DNA of 64,000 bases from the NCBI GenBank assembly GCA_964403175.1, contig CAYOFH010000002.1:9848-73847 (forward strand), written 5' to 3'. Positions 51,243-61,011 of this stretch are shown one piece after another. The DNA comes from an uncultured Marinilabiliaceae bacterium. GTDB taxonomy: Bacteria; Bacteroidota; Bacteroidia; Bacteroidales; Marinilabiliaceae. A program made the translations under genes and the position numbers. Numbering within the stretch: the first letter of the stretch is position 1; each line of letters opens with the position of its first letter. Below the pieces are notes generated by a model, which did no database searches, had not been told where the DNA came from, and was given only the letters and a program-made list of their open reading frames with translations.

Positions 51243-51662
51243 CTATTCAAAATAAGATATCGCAGCCAGTTCTTCTTCGGTAAAAGTTCCGAACAAAACT
51301 GAATCAGGAGGAAAAACAAAATCTGAATCTTCGGCAAGAATCATTTCTTTAATCTCATTCTCATCCACCATCAAAGCCAAAGAATTAATAAAACTATCAT
51401 CTGCGGAATTCTCCAAAACCACTTCATTCTCCGAAGAGAACATCTTTGGAACCTGGTAATAAAGTAAAGCAATAATCAAAAAAGAGGCAGCCATAGCCAA
51501 CCATGGCTTAATAACTGAAATTAACGATGCCACTGTGTCATCATTCGGTTTCTCTGCTAATTCAGCTTCCAGTTTTTTCAAAAAACGTTGTTCAAAACCC
51601 TCAAAATAATTCTCCGGGACTTCGAACGGTAGTTTTTTATCTCCAAATAATTCTTTACTCAT
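51243..51662 (-). CDS. Putative anti-sigma factor, single TM
   Basis: PFEVPENYFEGF, WLAMAAS TM; directly downstream of the ECF sigma. Confidence 0.7.
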   Translation of the reverse strand: MSKELFGDKKLPFEVPENYFEGFEQRFLKKLEAELAEKPNDDTVASLISVIKPWLAMAASFLIIALLYYQVPKMFSSENEVVLENSADDSFINSLALMVDENEIKEMILAEDSDFVFPPDSVLFGTFTEEELAAISYFE

Positions 51663-51747
51663 AAAATTCCTAATTTATCCTGCTCTATACCTGATTTATT
51701 CAGCATATATAATTTAGAACAACTACAGCCTCAAAGGTTTAAACAAA

Positions 51748-52311
51748 TTAAAATACTTCATTTTTTATAAAGGCCTCTATCTTCTTTACTGCATGAAAAT
51801 AAGAAGCTTTGAGAGCTCCAACCGAAGTCCCCAGTACATCTGAAATCTGTTCATAAGTCATATCGTCAAAATATTTCATATTAAAAACAAGACGTTGCTT
51901 TTCGGGAAGAGCCTGAATACACTTTTGTAATCTTTTCTGAATTTCATCGCCGGTAAATAATGGGTCAGAATCAATTTTATTGCCCAACATCATTTCCATA
52001 TCAGTATCTTCCCCAAGTAAACCTTCTCTTTTCTTATTAATGTAATTAAGGGTTTCGTTTGTAGCAATACGGTATAGCCAGGTGTATAATGATGCATCTC
52101 CCCGGAAATTACCAATATGACTCCAGGCCTTCATGAAAGTATTCTGAAGCAAATCATCAGCATCTTCGTGAATGATTATCATTTTACGAATATGCCAGTA
52201 AAGCCTTTCCTTATACTTTTTTATCAGCAACGCCAGAGCCTCATTTTTCTTATTGGCTTCCTGCGCCAGATACAATATTTCTTTATCGTCAGGCTGCATG
52301 CACAATCTCAT
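51748..52311 (-). CDS. ECF RNA polymerase sigma factor
   Basis: DADDLLQNTFMKAW, TWLYRIATN, LPEKQRLVF, YEQIS..LGTSVG. Confidence 0.95.
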   Translation of the reverse strand: MRLCMQPDDKEILYLAQEANKKNEALALLIKKYKERLYWHIRKMIIIHEDADDLLQNTFMKAWSHIGNFRGDASLYTWLYRIATNETLNYINKKREGLLGEDTDMEMMLGNKIDSDPLFTGDEIQKRLQKCIQALPEKQRLVFNMKYFDDMTYEQISDVLGTSVGALKASYFHAVKKIEAFIKNEVF

Positions 52312-52391
52312 TTATTTGTCTGCGAAGATAATAAGAAATTAACACACCTACGGATTGTTACGTCCCCTTATTCCAATCCAAAAAAATGAGC

Positions 52392-52399
52392 TACCTTTG
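52392..52399 (+). promoter_or_regulatory. -7 promoter element TACCTTTG for ychF
   Basis: Consensus match in the divergent intergenic region. Confidence 0.55.
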
Positions 52400-52585
52400 C
52401 ACCCTGATTTTTAAACCATCTGAGAAATTGACAGTTAAATTTTTTAAAATCAGAGGGCAGTATAGATGTATAACATTGGTGTTCTGCCATTTAACAACAA
52501 CAACCTTTAAAAAGGCACTAACCGATTTCCAACTAAATTAAACGGACTTTAAATCACTAGTAAACACTAAAAAACACAAAATATA

Positions 52586-53686
52586 ATGGCATTACAATGT
52601 GGCATCGTAGGTTTACCCAATGTGGGAAAATCCACTCTTTTTAATTGTCTGTCAAACGCCAAGGCACAATCGGCCAACTTTCCGTTTTGCACCATTGAAC
52701 CCAACGTTGGGGTCATTACCGTACCAGACGAACGGTTGACACAACTGGAAAAACTGGTAAAACCCCAGAAAGTAGTTCCTACCACTGTTGAAATTGTTGA
52801 CATTGCAGGCCTTGTAAAAGGTGCCAGCAAAGGCGAAGGACTAGGAAATAAATTCCTGGCCAACATCCGCGAAACTGATGCCATCATTCACGTATTGAGA
52901 TGCTTTGAGGATGACAACGTAACACATGTGGACGGAACCATTGATCCCGTTAGAGACAAGGATGTTATTGACATGGAACTTCAGCTCAAGGACCTGGAAA
53001 CTATTGAAGGCCGCATTATAAAAACTGAAAAGATAGCTAAGACCTCCAAAGATCCAGAAGCAAAAAGATTGCTTAACGTTCTGCTGAAATACAAAACGGC
53101 CCTGGAAAGTGGCAAGTCAGCACGCACAGTTGAACTCACTGATCAGGAGATCAAAGTTGCCAGAGATCTTTTCCTTCTGACCAACAAACCCGTTATGTAC
53201 GTATGCAACGTCGATGAAGCTTCCGTAATCTCGGGCAACAAACATGTGGACGCAGTCAAAGAGAACGTAAAGGATGAGCAGGCAAAGGTGCTGGTCATAG
53301 CTGCTCAGACGGAGGCAGAAATTGCAGAACTGGAAACTTTCGAAGAGCGTCAGATGTTCCTTGACGACCTTGGGCTGAAGGAGTCAGGAGTATCAAAACT
53401 AATTCGTTCGGCATACGAATTACTGGAACTAAAAACCTATTTCACGGCCGGAGAAAAAGAGGTACGTGCATGGACATTCCAGTCCGGAGCTCTTGCACCC
53501 CAGGCAGCCGGGGTAATACACACTGATTTCGAAAAAGGTTTTATCCGTGCGGAGGTAATCAAATACGACAATTTTGTAGCTCTGGGATCAGAACAGGCCT
53601 GCAAGGAAGCTGGTAAAATGCACGTAGAAGGAAAAGAATATGAAGTTCAGGACGGAGATATTATGCATTTCAGGTTTAATGTATAA
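52586..53686 (+). CDS. ychF: Ribosome-binding ATPase YchF
   Basis: GIVGLPNVGKSTLFN, FPFCTIEPN, DIAGLV, AAGVIHTDF, FRFNV. Confidence 0.98.
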   Translation: MALQCGIVGLPNVGKSTLFNCLSNAKAQSANFPFCTIEPNVGVITVPDERLTQLEKLVKPQKVVPTTVEIVDIAGLVKGASKGEGLGNKFLANIRETDAIIHVLRCFEDDNVTHVDGTIDPVRDKDVIDMELQLKDLETIEGRIIKTEKIAKTSKDPEAKRLLNVLLKYKTALESGKSARTVELTDQEIKVARDLFLLTNKPVMYVCNVDEASVISGNKHVDAVKENVKDEQAKVLVIAAQTEAEIAELETFEERQMFLDDLGLKESGVSKLIRSAYELLELKTYFTAGEKEVRAWTFQSGALAPQAAGVIHTDFEKGFIRAEVIKYDNFVALGSEQACKEAGKMHVEGKEYEVQDGDIMHFRFNV

Positions 53687-53706
53687 GCTCTTGTAAAACA
53701 TAGATT

Positions 53707-53740
53707 AACCGGTCTGTCTACCACTGGGGCCGGTTTTTTT
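53707..53740 (+). terminator. Probable terminator after ychF
   Basis: AACCGGTCT...GGGCCGGTT followed by a T-run. Confidence 0.6.
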
Positions 53741-54253
53741 ATGGCATAATCGATTAAAGTTTTTGAATCAAAACTGTCCGGAAAACTATACTTAAATCCT
53801 TTAGTTTGCTTCTCTTTGCTATCAACAACCCGATTAGGAGTCTGCACCAAAGCAACCTCTCGCTTTTTACCGGTTCCACTGATTACAAATTAAACTCTTC
53901 AGTACTGAAATAAGGATGGCAGAAGCCGGAAGCATGAATAAAAAAGAATAAAACCTGCCGGTTAATTACTGTCTCAACGAGTATATCCACCTCGGTTACC
54001 CATTTCTAAGGTGTTAATCAAACAAATAGAAGCATCAGATAAGTACCAAAACATTTTTTTTCACAATTACATCGATACAATTTCCGCATTTTCTTTTAAA
54101 ATATAATCAACAAAATAAAAGAAAGACCTACAGACCAACAGGTTGAAAGTAAGTTTAAAATATGTTAAAAAATCACAATGATAGTTCCGGCTCTTAGAAA
54201 TATCTGCAATTTATTTTTCCTTTGCATATATGAATTTCTTGAAAAAAAAGAAG

Positions 54254-54385
54254 ATGAGAGAGCCTGAGAACGATACGATAGCGAAGTTGAAACGAAAGAT
54301 ATTAATCTATTCAATCATAGAAGTAGCTATTGTAATTGTGCTGATTGTTTTTGGAGCATTCCTGTTCAATATTACATTCTCGTAA
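54254..54385 (+). CDS. Small single-TM protein (43 aa; 51 aa if started at 54230), not in the ORF track
   Basis: MREPENDTIAKLKRKILIYSIIEVAIVIVLIVFGAFLFNITFS*; A-rich leader. Confidence 0.55.
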   Translation: MREPENDTIAKLKRKILIYSIIEVAIVIVLIVFGAFLFNITFS

Positions 54386-54389
54386 ATAA

Positions 54390-54782
54390 TCAGGGCAAAA
54401 AAAGTCTGAATACTTTACGAGCTATTTCTTTCCCCTGAAGTCGTGTCGTAAGTTCCCAATTTCCGCCTTTATCTTCATAAGGTTCCCAAACAGTATCTCC
54501 CAGGAAAAATTCCCAATCATTAGAATTTATTATCACCTCACCAGCAAAAGGGGCAGCAATATTTCCATCCTTGTCGGGAAATGGCGGGTGATCAATCACA
54601 AACTCCAACACCTCCCCCTTTCCACCTTTAATTTTCAGAACATAACCAAATTCCACCTCCGGAGTGATTGGGATATGTGTGGTAATCTGCTTTAACTTTG
54701 GCAGTTCACGGGAATCCCTGTCCCATGAACTGTAAATCCCATAACTATATAATTCTATCTTTGGTCGCTTTCTCTTTGGCAT
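54390..54782 (-). CDS. DUF3859-like protein
   Basis: SYGIY..W, EFGY, HPPF, FFLGDTVWEP, GNWEL. Confidence 0.7.
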   Translation of the reverse strand: MPKRKRPKIELYSYGIYSSWDRDSRELPKLKQITTHIPITPEVEFGYVLKIKGGKGEVLEFVIDHPPFPDKDGNIAAPFAGEVIINSNDWEFFLGDTVWEPYEDKGGNWELTTRLQGKEIARKVFRLFLP

Positions 54783-54790
54783 TGAGCATT

Positions 54791-56995
54791 TTAATTTTCC
54801 AAATAATAACGTAACTGGTCTAACATAATGGGAATATCGGCAGACTGCACTCCTTGTTTTATTAATATATGGCGATCTTCCATAAATGCATTCACAAACT
54901 CTTTAATCGATGAATCCTTATGGCGAATGGACTTCAGGTACCAGTCCAGGGCTTCTTTTCGCTTACCCTGACACCAGAGAATATGCCCCATATTCATAAA
55001 GTCATGCTGAGTGGGATTTTCTCCAATGGGCTTCTCTGCGTACTTTCTGGCCTGTTCCAGTTTCCCTTCAACAAGAGAACACCAGGCAATAGGTCGCCAT
55101 ACTTTGTGGTTTTCAGGTGCCAGATATTCTACTTTGAAATAGTATTGTAAGGCCTCATCAAATCTCTTTAACTCTAACAAACAGTGACCGATACTGATCT
55201 GAGTATGCAAGTCGTCCGGCTTATGTTGTTCCGCCGTTTTATAGTATTCTAATGCTTTCTCCGGATTTTTCAGATATCTGTAGCAAAGGGCAATTTTCTT
55301 TATATTCCAAACCTGCGACTCTCCATACAAATCGGCCTGCAGATAATAATGAAGTGCTTTTTCATAATCCCCGTTTTGCTGATAACAATAGGCTAGTTTC
55401 TGAAGCACTTGCATGTCGGGCATTTCCTTTTTTGCTTCCTGCTCGTAAATCCCGGTAGCTTCCTGAAAATAATTCTTTTTAAACAGATATTCACCCAGTT
55501 TCAGCGGGGTATTCTCTGCGGGAGTAAGAAAGGAGAGAAACCATTTGTCATGGAATGCCATCTCCCAGTCAAAGGGATCAGAAAAAGACTGCTTTTGCGG
55601 ATGTATTTTAAAAAAACGGTAAAGATCCTGAATGTACTGGTTGGAAATAAAGAGTTCTTTCTTTCGGGGATCCACTAATTCATCACTCTTTTGCACCTCA
55701 CGCATCGCCTCAATCTCGGCCCCAAACATCTTTCCCATCATATCTTTCTGCATGCCTGGCATCTGAGGAATACTCATAACCAGACTGTACTTATCGGAAT
55801 TACACATAACTCCGGAATCGGCCATAGATTCAAGCATCTGACTATCATTCAAAGGCCCTGTTTCATTTTTTAAGGCTTCCTTTACAATAGGATTGGGGTA
55901 AAAAAATGGCAAAAACCAGTGGTGTATATCATTAAAAAACGGAAAGTGTTTTAGCATCTTAAATGTGGACATAAACAAATCTGCTCCCTCCATTTGCAGA
56001 TTACTAAGTTCCTCAAGTTTGTTAATAAGTTCCGGTGAATCCGAAAAAATATCCTCCCAATCGGGATTCTTATCCTCCGACAAAGCATCGCTGAGCATAT
56101 TATCAAGATCCAGCTTTTTACGTAAATTTGGCTGAATTCTGGCCACTTCTGGAATTATCTCCTCATTCATTTTTTTTGTGAGCTTCTCGGTCTCACGTGT
56201 ACGGATAATCTGAATCAGGATCGACTGAATGGTTTCTGAAGTAAAGATTTCATTGAGACGGGAAATTTTCTCTTTCATGCCAGTCATTAAACACAACCGG
56301 GTATCGTATTCATATAATACCAAAAGTAGTCCCGTAAAAGCACGCAGCTTCACCTGGTTATTGGGATGCTCACAAAGGTCGAACATCAGATTGAAATTCT
56401 CTTCTCTGAATGATGAAAGCAGGTTAAGTGTAAGAGCACTGACCATCACACTTTGCCAGGGCCAGAAAAACTCATCTCCAAAGAAAACCTGCCTGATCTT
56501 CTCCTGACGGTTTTCCGCAAAACCGGGCAAAGCAGCAATCATCTCAAACAATCTATCCTGTGATTTCTCCATTTCATAAGGCAATGGGATATCAGGGTCA
56601 ACTGTATAGGTAACCATATATTTGTCAGCTGTTTTAAGATACTCATCCACAATAAGTGACAGTTCATCGGCAGACTTACTTTTCAGATAACGCCGAGCAT
56701 CATACAACCATCCGTGACCACTACGGCTTCTTAACTCTTCAACAATCCGATCCGCAATTTTATAGATATCTACCAGGAGGTGATTGTAAACCTGTTGACG
56801 TTCTGGATCTGAAAACCCTTCTACGGTGTAGCGTAAAAGGCTTTTATATGTCATCTCAAGATTGTAAAGACCATCAATCAAATCACTGTGATGAGTCTCT
56901 TTTACCAAATCGCCCAACACATCAAGTGATTCTTTTATGCGCTTGAATGCCAGAAGTCGGTATATCTTTTTTTGTTTGAGCGCAGGACTTTCCAT
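54791..56995 (-). CDS. TPR-repeat protein
   Basis: C-terminal TPR array (LQKLAYCYQ, IGHCLLEL, MGHILW); YIQDLYRFFK. Confidence 0.88.
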   Translation of the reverse strand: MESPALKQKKIYRLLAFKRIKESLDVLGDLVKETHHSDLIDGLYNLEMTYKSLLRYTVEGFSDPERQQVYNHLLVDIYKIADRIVEELRSRSGHGWLYDARRYLKSKSADELSLIVDEYLKTADKYMVTYTVDPDIPLPYEMEKSQDRLFEMIAALPGFAENRQEKIRQVFFGDEFFWPWQSVMVSALTLNLLSSFREENFNLMFDLCEHPNNQVKLRAFTGLLLVLYEYDTRLCLMTGMKEKISRLNEIFTSETIQSILIQIIRTRETEKLTKKMNEEIIPEVARIQPNLRKKLDLDNMLSDALSEDKNPDWEDIFSDSPELINKLEELSNLQMEGADLFMSTFKMLKHFPFFNDIHHWFLPFFYPNPIVKEALKNETGPLNDSQMLESMADSGVMCNSDKYSLVMSIPQMPGMQKDMMGKMFGAEIEAMREVQKSDELVDPRKKELFISNQYIQDLYRFFKIHPQKQSFSDPFDWEMAFHDKWFLSFLTPAENTPLKLGEYLFKKNYFQEATGIYEQEAKKEMPDMQVLQKLAYCYQQNGDYEKALHYYLQADLYGESQVWNIKKIALCYRYLKNPEKALEYYKTAEQHKPDDLHTQISIGHCLLELKRFDEALQYYFKVEYLAPENHKVWRPIAWCSLVEGKLEQARKYAEKPIGENPTQHDFMNMGHILWCQGKRKEALDWYLKSIRHKDSSIKEFVNAFMEDRHILIKQGVQSADIPIMLDQLRYYLEN

Positions 56996-56999
56996 ATTA

Positions 57000-59900
57000 T
57001 TATTGCTTTTCAAATTTCAGTATAACGTCTACCCCCGAATCTTTAACATCTCCCTGAGTGAGGCGCAGAAAAAGATTTCGTGTTACCTCATATTCCAAAG
57101 TAATTTTTTGCGGTGTAAGCGATTCATCCTCACTTTCACCAAAACCACGCTGGTAGGTGACAAACAGATTATTGGTAATGTATTTACCCACCATAAAGGT
57201 AGCACTTTCCCAATCATCTCCCGTCTTGACTTCCACCATATCAAGATTAAAAGTACTTCCCAGTGTTTTTGTCAGTTGTGTGGAGACCAAACCTGACAAC
57301 ATGGCCGATGGCACATTCCCTGAAACTCCTTGTCGATTACCAAAGCTAAGCTCACCAAATGACTTATTAAAAATTAGATAAGCCATTGCATCCCGTTCAG
57401 TAATACTAGTTCCATTAAGGGTGAATGAGAACTCCGGCTCAAAGGCCGTGCCAGTCGCCTTCATTATAAGCTCGTTTTTCTGCTTATCTTTTCCTCTGAA
57501 ATTATATAATGCCTCAACATTCAATCTCGGATTAATCTCTTCCCCACCCTCAAAGGTCAATTGTCCTTCCTGAATAATAAGTTTTCGTCCGTATAATGTA
57601 TAATTACCTCTGGAGATACCCAGTGATCCAAAAATTTCAAAATAAGTACTGTTTTTCAACAGGTCAAGATCACCATTCAACTCAAGATTCATATCTTCCG
57701 ATCTAATCCAGGTATTTTTGGTAATCACCACATTCAACTGCCCCGTAAGATTTTCCATCAAATTATTATCAGGAAGAGTATCCCTTTGAAACACACTGGT
57801 CGTATCTTGCTCACTCTGAAGACCACTATCGGTTTTCTCCTGCTCAAGAGCCTTCACAAGCAATGGCTTGTTTACCTCTGAAGATTCTCCCATTTCAAGT
57901 ATGGCCGGAAGGTATAAACTTGAACGTAAAACCCTGAGAGTTCCTCCAAATTCAGGCACTTTATCCTTCATACGCACCCATGCATCCGAATTAATTTGAA
58001 TTTCATGATTTTGATGTCTGGAAACGAAAAAATCTTCAGCTTTTACCGACACATCTGCATCAGAAAGATTTCCGGATACAAAAGTAGAATCAAAGGCTAG
58101 ATCTCCTTCGACCATCAAAGTCCCTTTGTCACTGCGAGCAAAGAGAGAATCAATGACCACCTTGTTACTATCCAGATTTGTAACAATCTTCAAATCGGAA
58201 TATTCGATTCCATAAGTCGGCCATTTCAATCCAGCCTCATTAATTCGGATATGCCCTCGCATAACCGGACTTGCAATTTTTCCGGAGACCTTCACATCCA
58301 TATCCAACAATCCGTCGATTTGGTGACCCTTAGTATCATCAAAAGCAAAAAAAGCAGAGGGGCTTACTTTTCGGGCAATAACTTCCCCGTCAATAGTTTT
58401 AATCTTCGAAACCATCTGACTGTCGGTAAGATTAATTTTAACTGCAGACAAACCACTTACCATAATGGAATCATCCTTTACACTTTTCATCATAAGAGAA
58501 GCCTTAATGGTATCTGAAAAATGCGAAATATCTGAATCAATCTCCTTTATTCTTAAGTCCCCGGCCTTCAAACTATCACCTTGCAACTTCAATTCAAAAG
58601 AAGGATTATCTAAAGCCCCTTCGGCCATAAAGTTCAATGATGCAACGCCGGAAACGGACTGGTCCCTTTTCATCAACTTCTCTACCAGGGACAAATCAAG
58701 GTGGTCAAAAAAAGCATTGACAGCAATGGAATCTCCAGGAATATATTCACCTCCTGCATGCAGCTTAAAGTTACTGTTTTTACGGGCCTTCATCTGCAAA
58801 GAATCCAATGCTATTCGCGACGAGTCAACCAAAATTTCCGGTTCTTTGCCGGCAAGTGAAAACTGCTCAAAAGGAGTTTCTATATTCAAGTCAGGAACCT
58901 GAAAAACAAATGGCATTTCCATATTTCCCAGCACCCTTGTTCGCAATGAAACGGTATCGGGCATCCACAACCCAAGCGTGGCATCCCACTTATCTGTATT
59001 TAACTCAGCATCAAGCCGAAGTGAATCGGCTTGTTGATCGGAAGCTTTTAGATCGGTTACAGTAAGTTCACCTTCTCCGGAAATACCTTCAGAAGAAATT
59101 AACCCGTTTGCCAGCAAATGCAAAGAAGCAGCAGTAGCTACGGTATCATATGCAAGAGAATCGGACTTCAGGATAACATCCACCAATAACGAATCAGCCC
59201 TGCCATTGGCCTTTCCATCCAATTTCAGCTCTTTCCATTTAGTGGGTACATCAAAATAAGGCTTAAAAGTCTCCAGGTCAGTTACTATAATATTAAAATA
59301 AGAATTAATTTTTCCTTCTTCACTATACCTCCCGCTGCCCGAAATATTAGCTGAAGAATTTTTGAAACCCAAAGTGTCCAGAACAATTGTTTCACGGTGA
59401 ATTTGTCCCGACATCCTCATAGAGTCAACAGGAATGCGGGCAGCCACAGACTCTTGCATCAGGAGTGAGAAATCAGCATTAAGTGTATTAAAATCATTCC
59501 CGGTACCACTGGCTTTTAATTCCATATTTAGCAAGGTGCTATCGCCCCATTCAGGCAAAAATTGGTCTGCCGGAAAACGATCAGCTTTAAGGTTAACCGA
59601 AACAGGGGCATTATTATCCTTCAGATTGGCAGAGGCTCTGAGGTCAAAATCTCCCCCTTTGGTGGTAAAACTTGTGCGAACCCTGGTCTTTCCTTCAAGA
59701 TAACTGCCATTAATCGCGAACTCATTTAATATAGATTGCTGCAAGTGAGTACCTGAAAAATCTCCATTCACTTGAAGCGGTTGCCCGCTACCCTGAAGAC
59801 CGTTTCCGGAAACATGAAGTCTTCCGGTAAGAATAAGCGGCAAATCCGACAAAAGGAACCATTGCTGTGGGTTCATCTTGTGAAAACTAAAATCGAGATT

Positions 59901-60860
59901 AAGCAACGGTTGATACCGTGTAGTATCATTAAAAATATCTGAAAAACGCGAAACAGTTCCCTTAAGCTCAATCTCCTGATTCTCATGAGACACAATAAGA
60001 TCGAGTTCCAGATTATTTTCTTCCACACTGGTATTCAGATCGACCTTTGGTGTTACTCCCAGGCGGAATTCAGGAAGTATCCATGCAAATTCTTCCAGTT
60101 CTATTGGTGCAGTTTCCAAATCAGCAGAAAAAGATTTTAAATCAGCATATCTACCTTCCAAATCAAGACGGTTTTGGGAAGTTACCAGTGCCAAATCTTT
60201 TACAGTCCAAACAGAATCCTGCTGGCCCACCCAAACCTGAAATTTTTTCAAATCAGGCATTCCTTCAGGTGTTGAAAATCCCATATGTTTCAAATCTACT
60301 TCCAGGCTTTTGGAACTATACTCTCCTGATAAGTCCACATTCAGATCTTTAATAAATCGGGGAACCAGGGAATCTAACATCGAAAGCTGAATATGTCCGC
60401 TATTTAACAAAAAAGCATCAACTTCAAACCTCATCTTCAGGGAAGTTGAAGAAGTATCAGTCTCTTCATCCGGAGCAGGCAGAATATCCTGAAAATTCCA
60501 GGTGGAATCGGGGTGCTGAACAAGGTTGACATAGGGCTTATCCAATTGAATGGAAGCCACCTGAACTTTATTATTCAGTAGCGGTAGGAGAGAATAATTT
60601 AAGGCAAGACGGTCAATAGACAGAACCGTGTCCTGCCGGGTCTCTCCTATCCAAAGTTCTTTGAGGGTGAGATGGGTAAAAAAGTTTCCATCAATTTCGC
60701 CCAATCTCATTTCGGCATTCAACTGCTCATTGGCCACTTTTTCCACCTGATTGCGCAAAATTCCCCTGAAAACAGCGGTTTGTGTAAACAACAGCAACAA
60801 GAGGACCAAAAGAATCAGTCCGGAAAAAAAGTAAAATAGATATTTTAAAAGATTGTGCAT
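57000..60860 (-). CDS. tamB: Translocation and assembly module TamB
   Basis: N-terminal anchor, long beta-rich body, C-terminal GNYTLYGRKL, NPRLN, VGKYIT. Confidence 0.85.
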   Translation of the reverse strand: MHNLLKYLFYFFSGLILLVLLLLLFTQTAVFRGILRNQVEKVANEQLNAEMRLGEIDGNFFTHLTLKELWIGETRQDTVLSIDRLALNYSLLPLLNNKVQVASIQLDKPYVNLVQHPDSTWNFQDILPAPDEETDTSSTSLKMRFEVDAFLLNSGHIQLSMLDSLVPRFIKDLNVDLSGEYSSKSLEVDLKHMGFSTPEGMPDLKKFQVWVGQQDSVWTVKDLALVTSQNRLDLEGRYADLKSFSADLETAPIELEEFAWILPEFRLGVTPKVDLNTSVEENNLELDLIVSHENQEIELKGTVSRFSDIFNDTTRYQPLLNLDFSFHKMNPQQWFLLSDLPLILTGRLHVSGNGLQGSGQPLQVNGDFSGTHLQQSILNEFAINGSYLEGKTRVRTSFTTKGGDFDLRASANLKDNNAPVSVNLKADRFPADQFLPEWGDSTLLNMELKASGTGNDFNTLNADFSLLMQESVAARIPVDSMRMSGQIHRETIVLDTLGFKNSSANISGSGRYSEEGKINSYFNIIVTDLETFKPYFDVPTKWKELKLDGKANGRADSLLVDVILKSDSLAYDTVATAASLHLLANGLISSEGISGEGELTVTDLKASDQQADSLRLDAELNTDKWDATLGLWMPDTVSLRTRVLGNMEMPFVFQVPDLNIETPFEQFSLAGKEPEILVDSSRIALDSLQMKARKNSNFKLHAGGEYIPGDSIAVNAFFDHLDLSLVEKLMKRDQSVSGVASLNFMAEGALDNPSFELKLQGDSLKAGDLRIKEIDSDISHFSDTIKASLMMKSVKDDSIMVSGLSAVKINLTDSQMVSKIKTIDGEVIARKVSPSAFFAFDDTKGHQIDGLLDMDVKVSGKIASPVMRGHIRINEAGLKWPTYGIEYSDLKIVTNLDSNKVVIDSLFARSDKGTLMVEGDLAFDSTFVSGNLSDADVSVKAEDFFVSRHQNHEIQINSDAWVRMKDKVPEFGGTLRVLRSSLYLPAILEMGESSEVNKPLLVKALEQEKTDSGLQSEQDTTSVFQRDTLPDNNLMENLTGQLNVVITKNTWIRSEDMNLELNGDLDLLKNSTYFEIFGSLGISRGNYTLYGRKLIIQEGQLTFEGGEEINPRLNVEALYNFRGKDKQKNELIMKATGTAFEPEFSFTLNGTSITERDAMAYLIFNKSFGELSFGNRQGVSGNVPSAMLSGLVSTQLTKTLGSTFNLDMVEVKTGDDWESATFMVGKYITNNLFVTYQRGFGESEDESLTPQKITLEYEVTRNLFLRLTQGDVKDSGVDVILKFEKQ

Positions 60861-61011
60861 TTTCAATTAAATCAATAATTTTCAAAGCTTCTGAAAGACT
60901 TACGAATAAATTTGTTTTCACCATACATGTAAACAGCATTACAATTCAGAACATCAACTTTATACAATTAGACTAACTTCTAACCATCTATAATTAAACT
61001 ACTCTTTTTTA

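Noticed and set aside
53647-53850. 67-aa minus-strand ORF after ychF
   Set aside because: Crosses the ychF terminator and 3' end; no motif support.
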